Shown here: positions 62,980 through 64,000 of the stretch, piece after piece
Layout: each line of letters opens with the position of its first letter
How positions within the stretch are numbered: the stretch's first letter is position 1
DNA from: Fistulifera solaris
Lineage: Eukaryota
Direction: 5' to 3'
NCBI GenBank assembly: GCA_030295235.1
Contig: AP026162.1
Location: 1,488,001 to 1,552,000, forward strand
DNA length: 64,000 bases
Translations under genes and position numbers: made by a program
Notes under the pieces: model-generated
The model's database searches: none
Told to the model about the DNA's origin: nothing
The model's input: only the letters and a program-made list of their open reading frames with translations

Positions 62980-63920
62980 TCATTCTTGCCATCTCATATA
63001 GTCTGGACTGTTGGCCCAAACAATGACGTTCCCATCGTAGCTGGCTGTTATGACTACTGAATTATTGGAACTTTTGGGATGAACAGCGACGGCACACGTT
63101 GGGCGCGTATGTCCCATGAGACTTTGAACACACGTACCATGCACCAGATCATACAAGATACACTGGCCGTCTTCCGATCCTGTTATTATTGTTGAATCAT
63201 CAGCCGTGACGCCACACATCAGTCCATACTGTCCGGCTGCATGATGCTTGTCGTAGGTGTTGACTAGCTCGCCCGAATTCACCTCCATTAAGCGAATGGT
63301 TCCATCCAAGCAAGAAACTACCAAATACTGACCATCGTGCGTCTGTGCCATGCTCGTTATCGGACTTGAGAAATCGTCGCACCGCAAAATCCCTTTCCGA
63401 AGATCGTACGTTCTTACAATGCCGTCAACACTGGCGGTTCGAATCAGTGCTTCATTGTCATTCTGCACCTTATGGACATCCGTCACAGAGTCCTTCGCCT
63501 CCTTCAAGATCTGTATTGGTTCGTAACTCCTACTTCGTCCATCCCATATTCGAACAGTTGCGTCATAAGACGCGGATAGGAAAGTCTCGGAGTCTGTGCT
63601 TATTGCAACCGCATTCACGCGGCCGCTGTGACCTTGTAATCTACGTTTAGCTTGCTTTGTAACAACATCAGAAACGACAACAGTCTTTTCCGAAGCTGAC
63701 GCTATTGTAGTCGATTTCTCGTCGATCGCGAGGGCCGAAATGGGATGAGTGATACCGTCTTCGTACACTTGAATAGGAAGAGCCCTCGGAATGGCATCGA
63801 TGGGGATATCATCCCCGCCGGCCCACGGGCGCGGAGGAAACGCAGGATCCAGTCGACTGGGATTCCATAAACGAACCTTTCGATCAACTCCCCGGTCAAA
63901 CAATATTTTCCATCGTCTGG
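62980..63920 (-). CDS. WDR83: WD-repeat protein WDR83/MORG1; 5' exon lies beyond the window; indel near 63892
   Basis: DGKYCLTG.VDRKVRLWNP, SASYDATVRIWDGRSRSYEPIQILKEAKDSVT, SVDGIVRTYDLRKG, GSEDG. Confidence 0.88.
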
Positions 63921-64000
63921 TTATTTGAACACAGAACAAGAATGTGAGAGCATGTAGCAACAAACAACAAATTTGACGAGTCGTCAATGACAATTATGAC

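Noticed and set aside
3000..63900. Programmed ribosomal frameshifting or mass pseudogenisation
   Set aside because: Indels go in both directions, share no slippery motif and are not accompanied by nonsense substitutions. Sequencing error is the simpler explanation.

Overview
Gene-dense eukaryotic nuclear DNA with short GT-AG introns. It is most likely a pennate diatom, inferred from ASAF-type bipartite plastid signals and a DUF6824 protein. There are about 25 protein-coding loci: VHL-like/zinc peptidase, importin-alpha-like, CSN2, DUF829, RPA2, REEP/YOP1, ERD2-like, Mpv17, COG1-like, BioD/DRTGG, bL9, NPRL2, SPT16, zf-PARP-HRDC, DUF6824, HST, asparagine synthetase, SAP protein, thylakoid lumen protein, DUF285 surface protein, SEC31, ISWI, CDP-alcohol phosphotransferase, ISN1, DeSI-PUL and a partial WDR83. 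About 20 single-base indels, nearly all in short homopolymer runs, split conserved genes and are probably assembly errors. Non-genic highlights: (i) a 314-bp hAT-type MITE with 16-bp TIRs and a perfect 8-bp TSD; (ii) a ~1-kb array of palindromic TGGTCCAGAAAATCTGGACCA units with CACGTG, the motif recurring 16 kb away; (iii) a ~225-bp satellite; (iv) a transposon-like island at ~16.1-19.3 kb carrying a Harbinger-type Myb/SANT ORF and a captured piece of the neighbouring COG1-like gene whose differences are mostly synonymous. Several proteins have unusual domain fusions. No tRNA, rRNA or CRISPR array could be supported. All family assignments come from motif recognition by eye, not from database searches.
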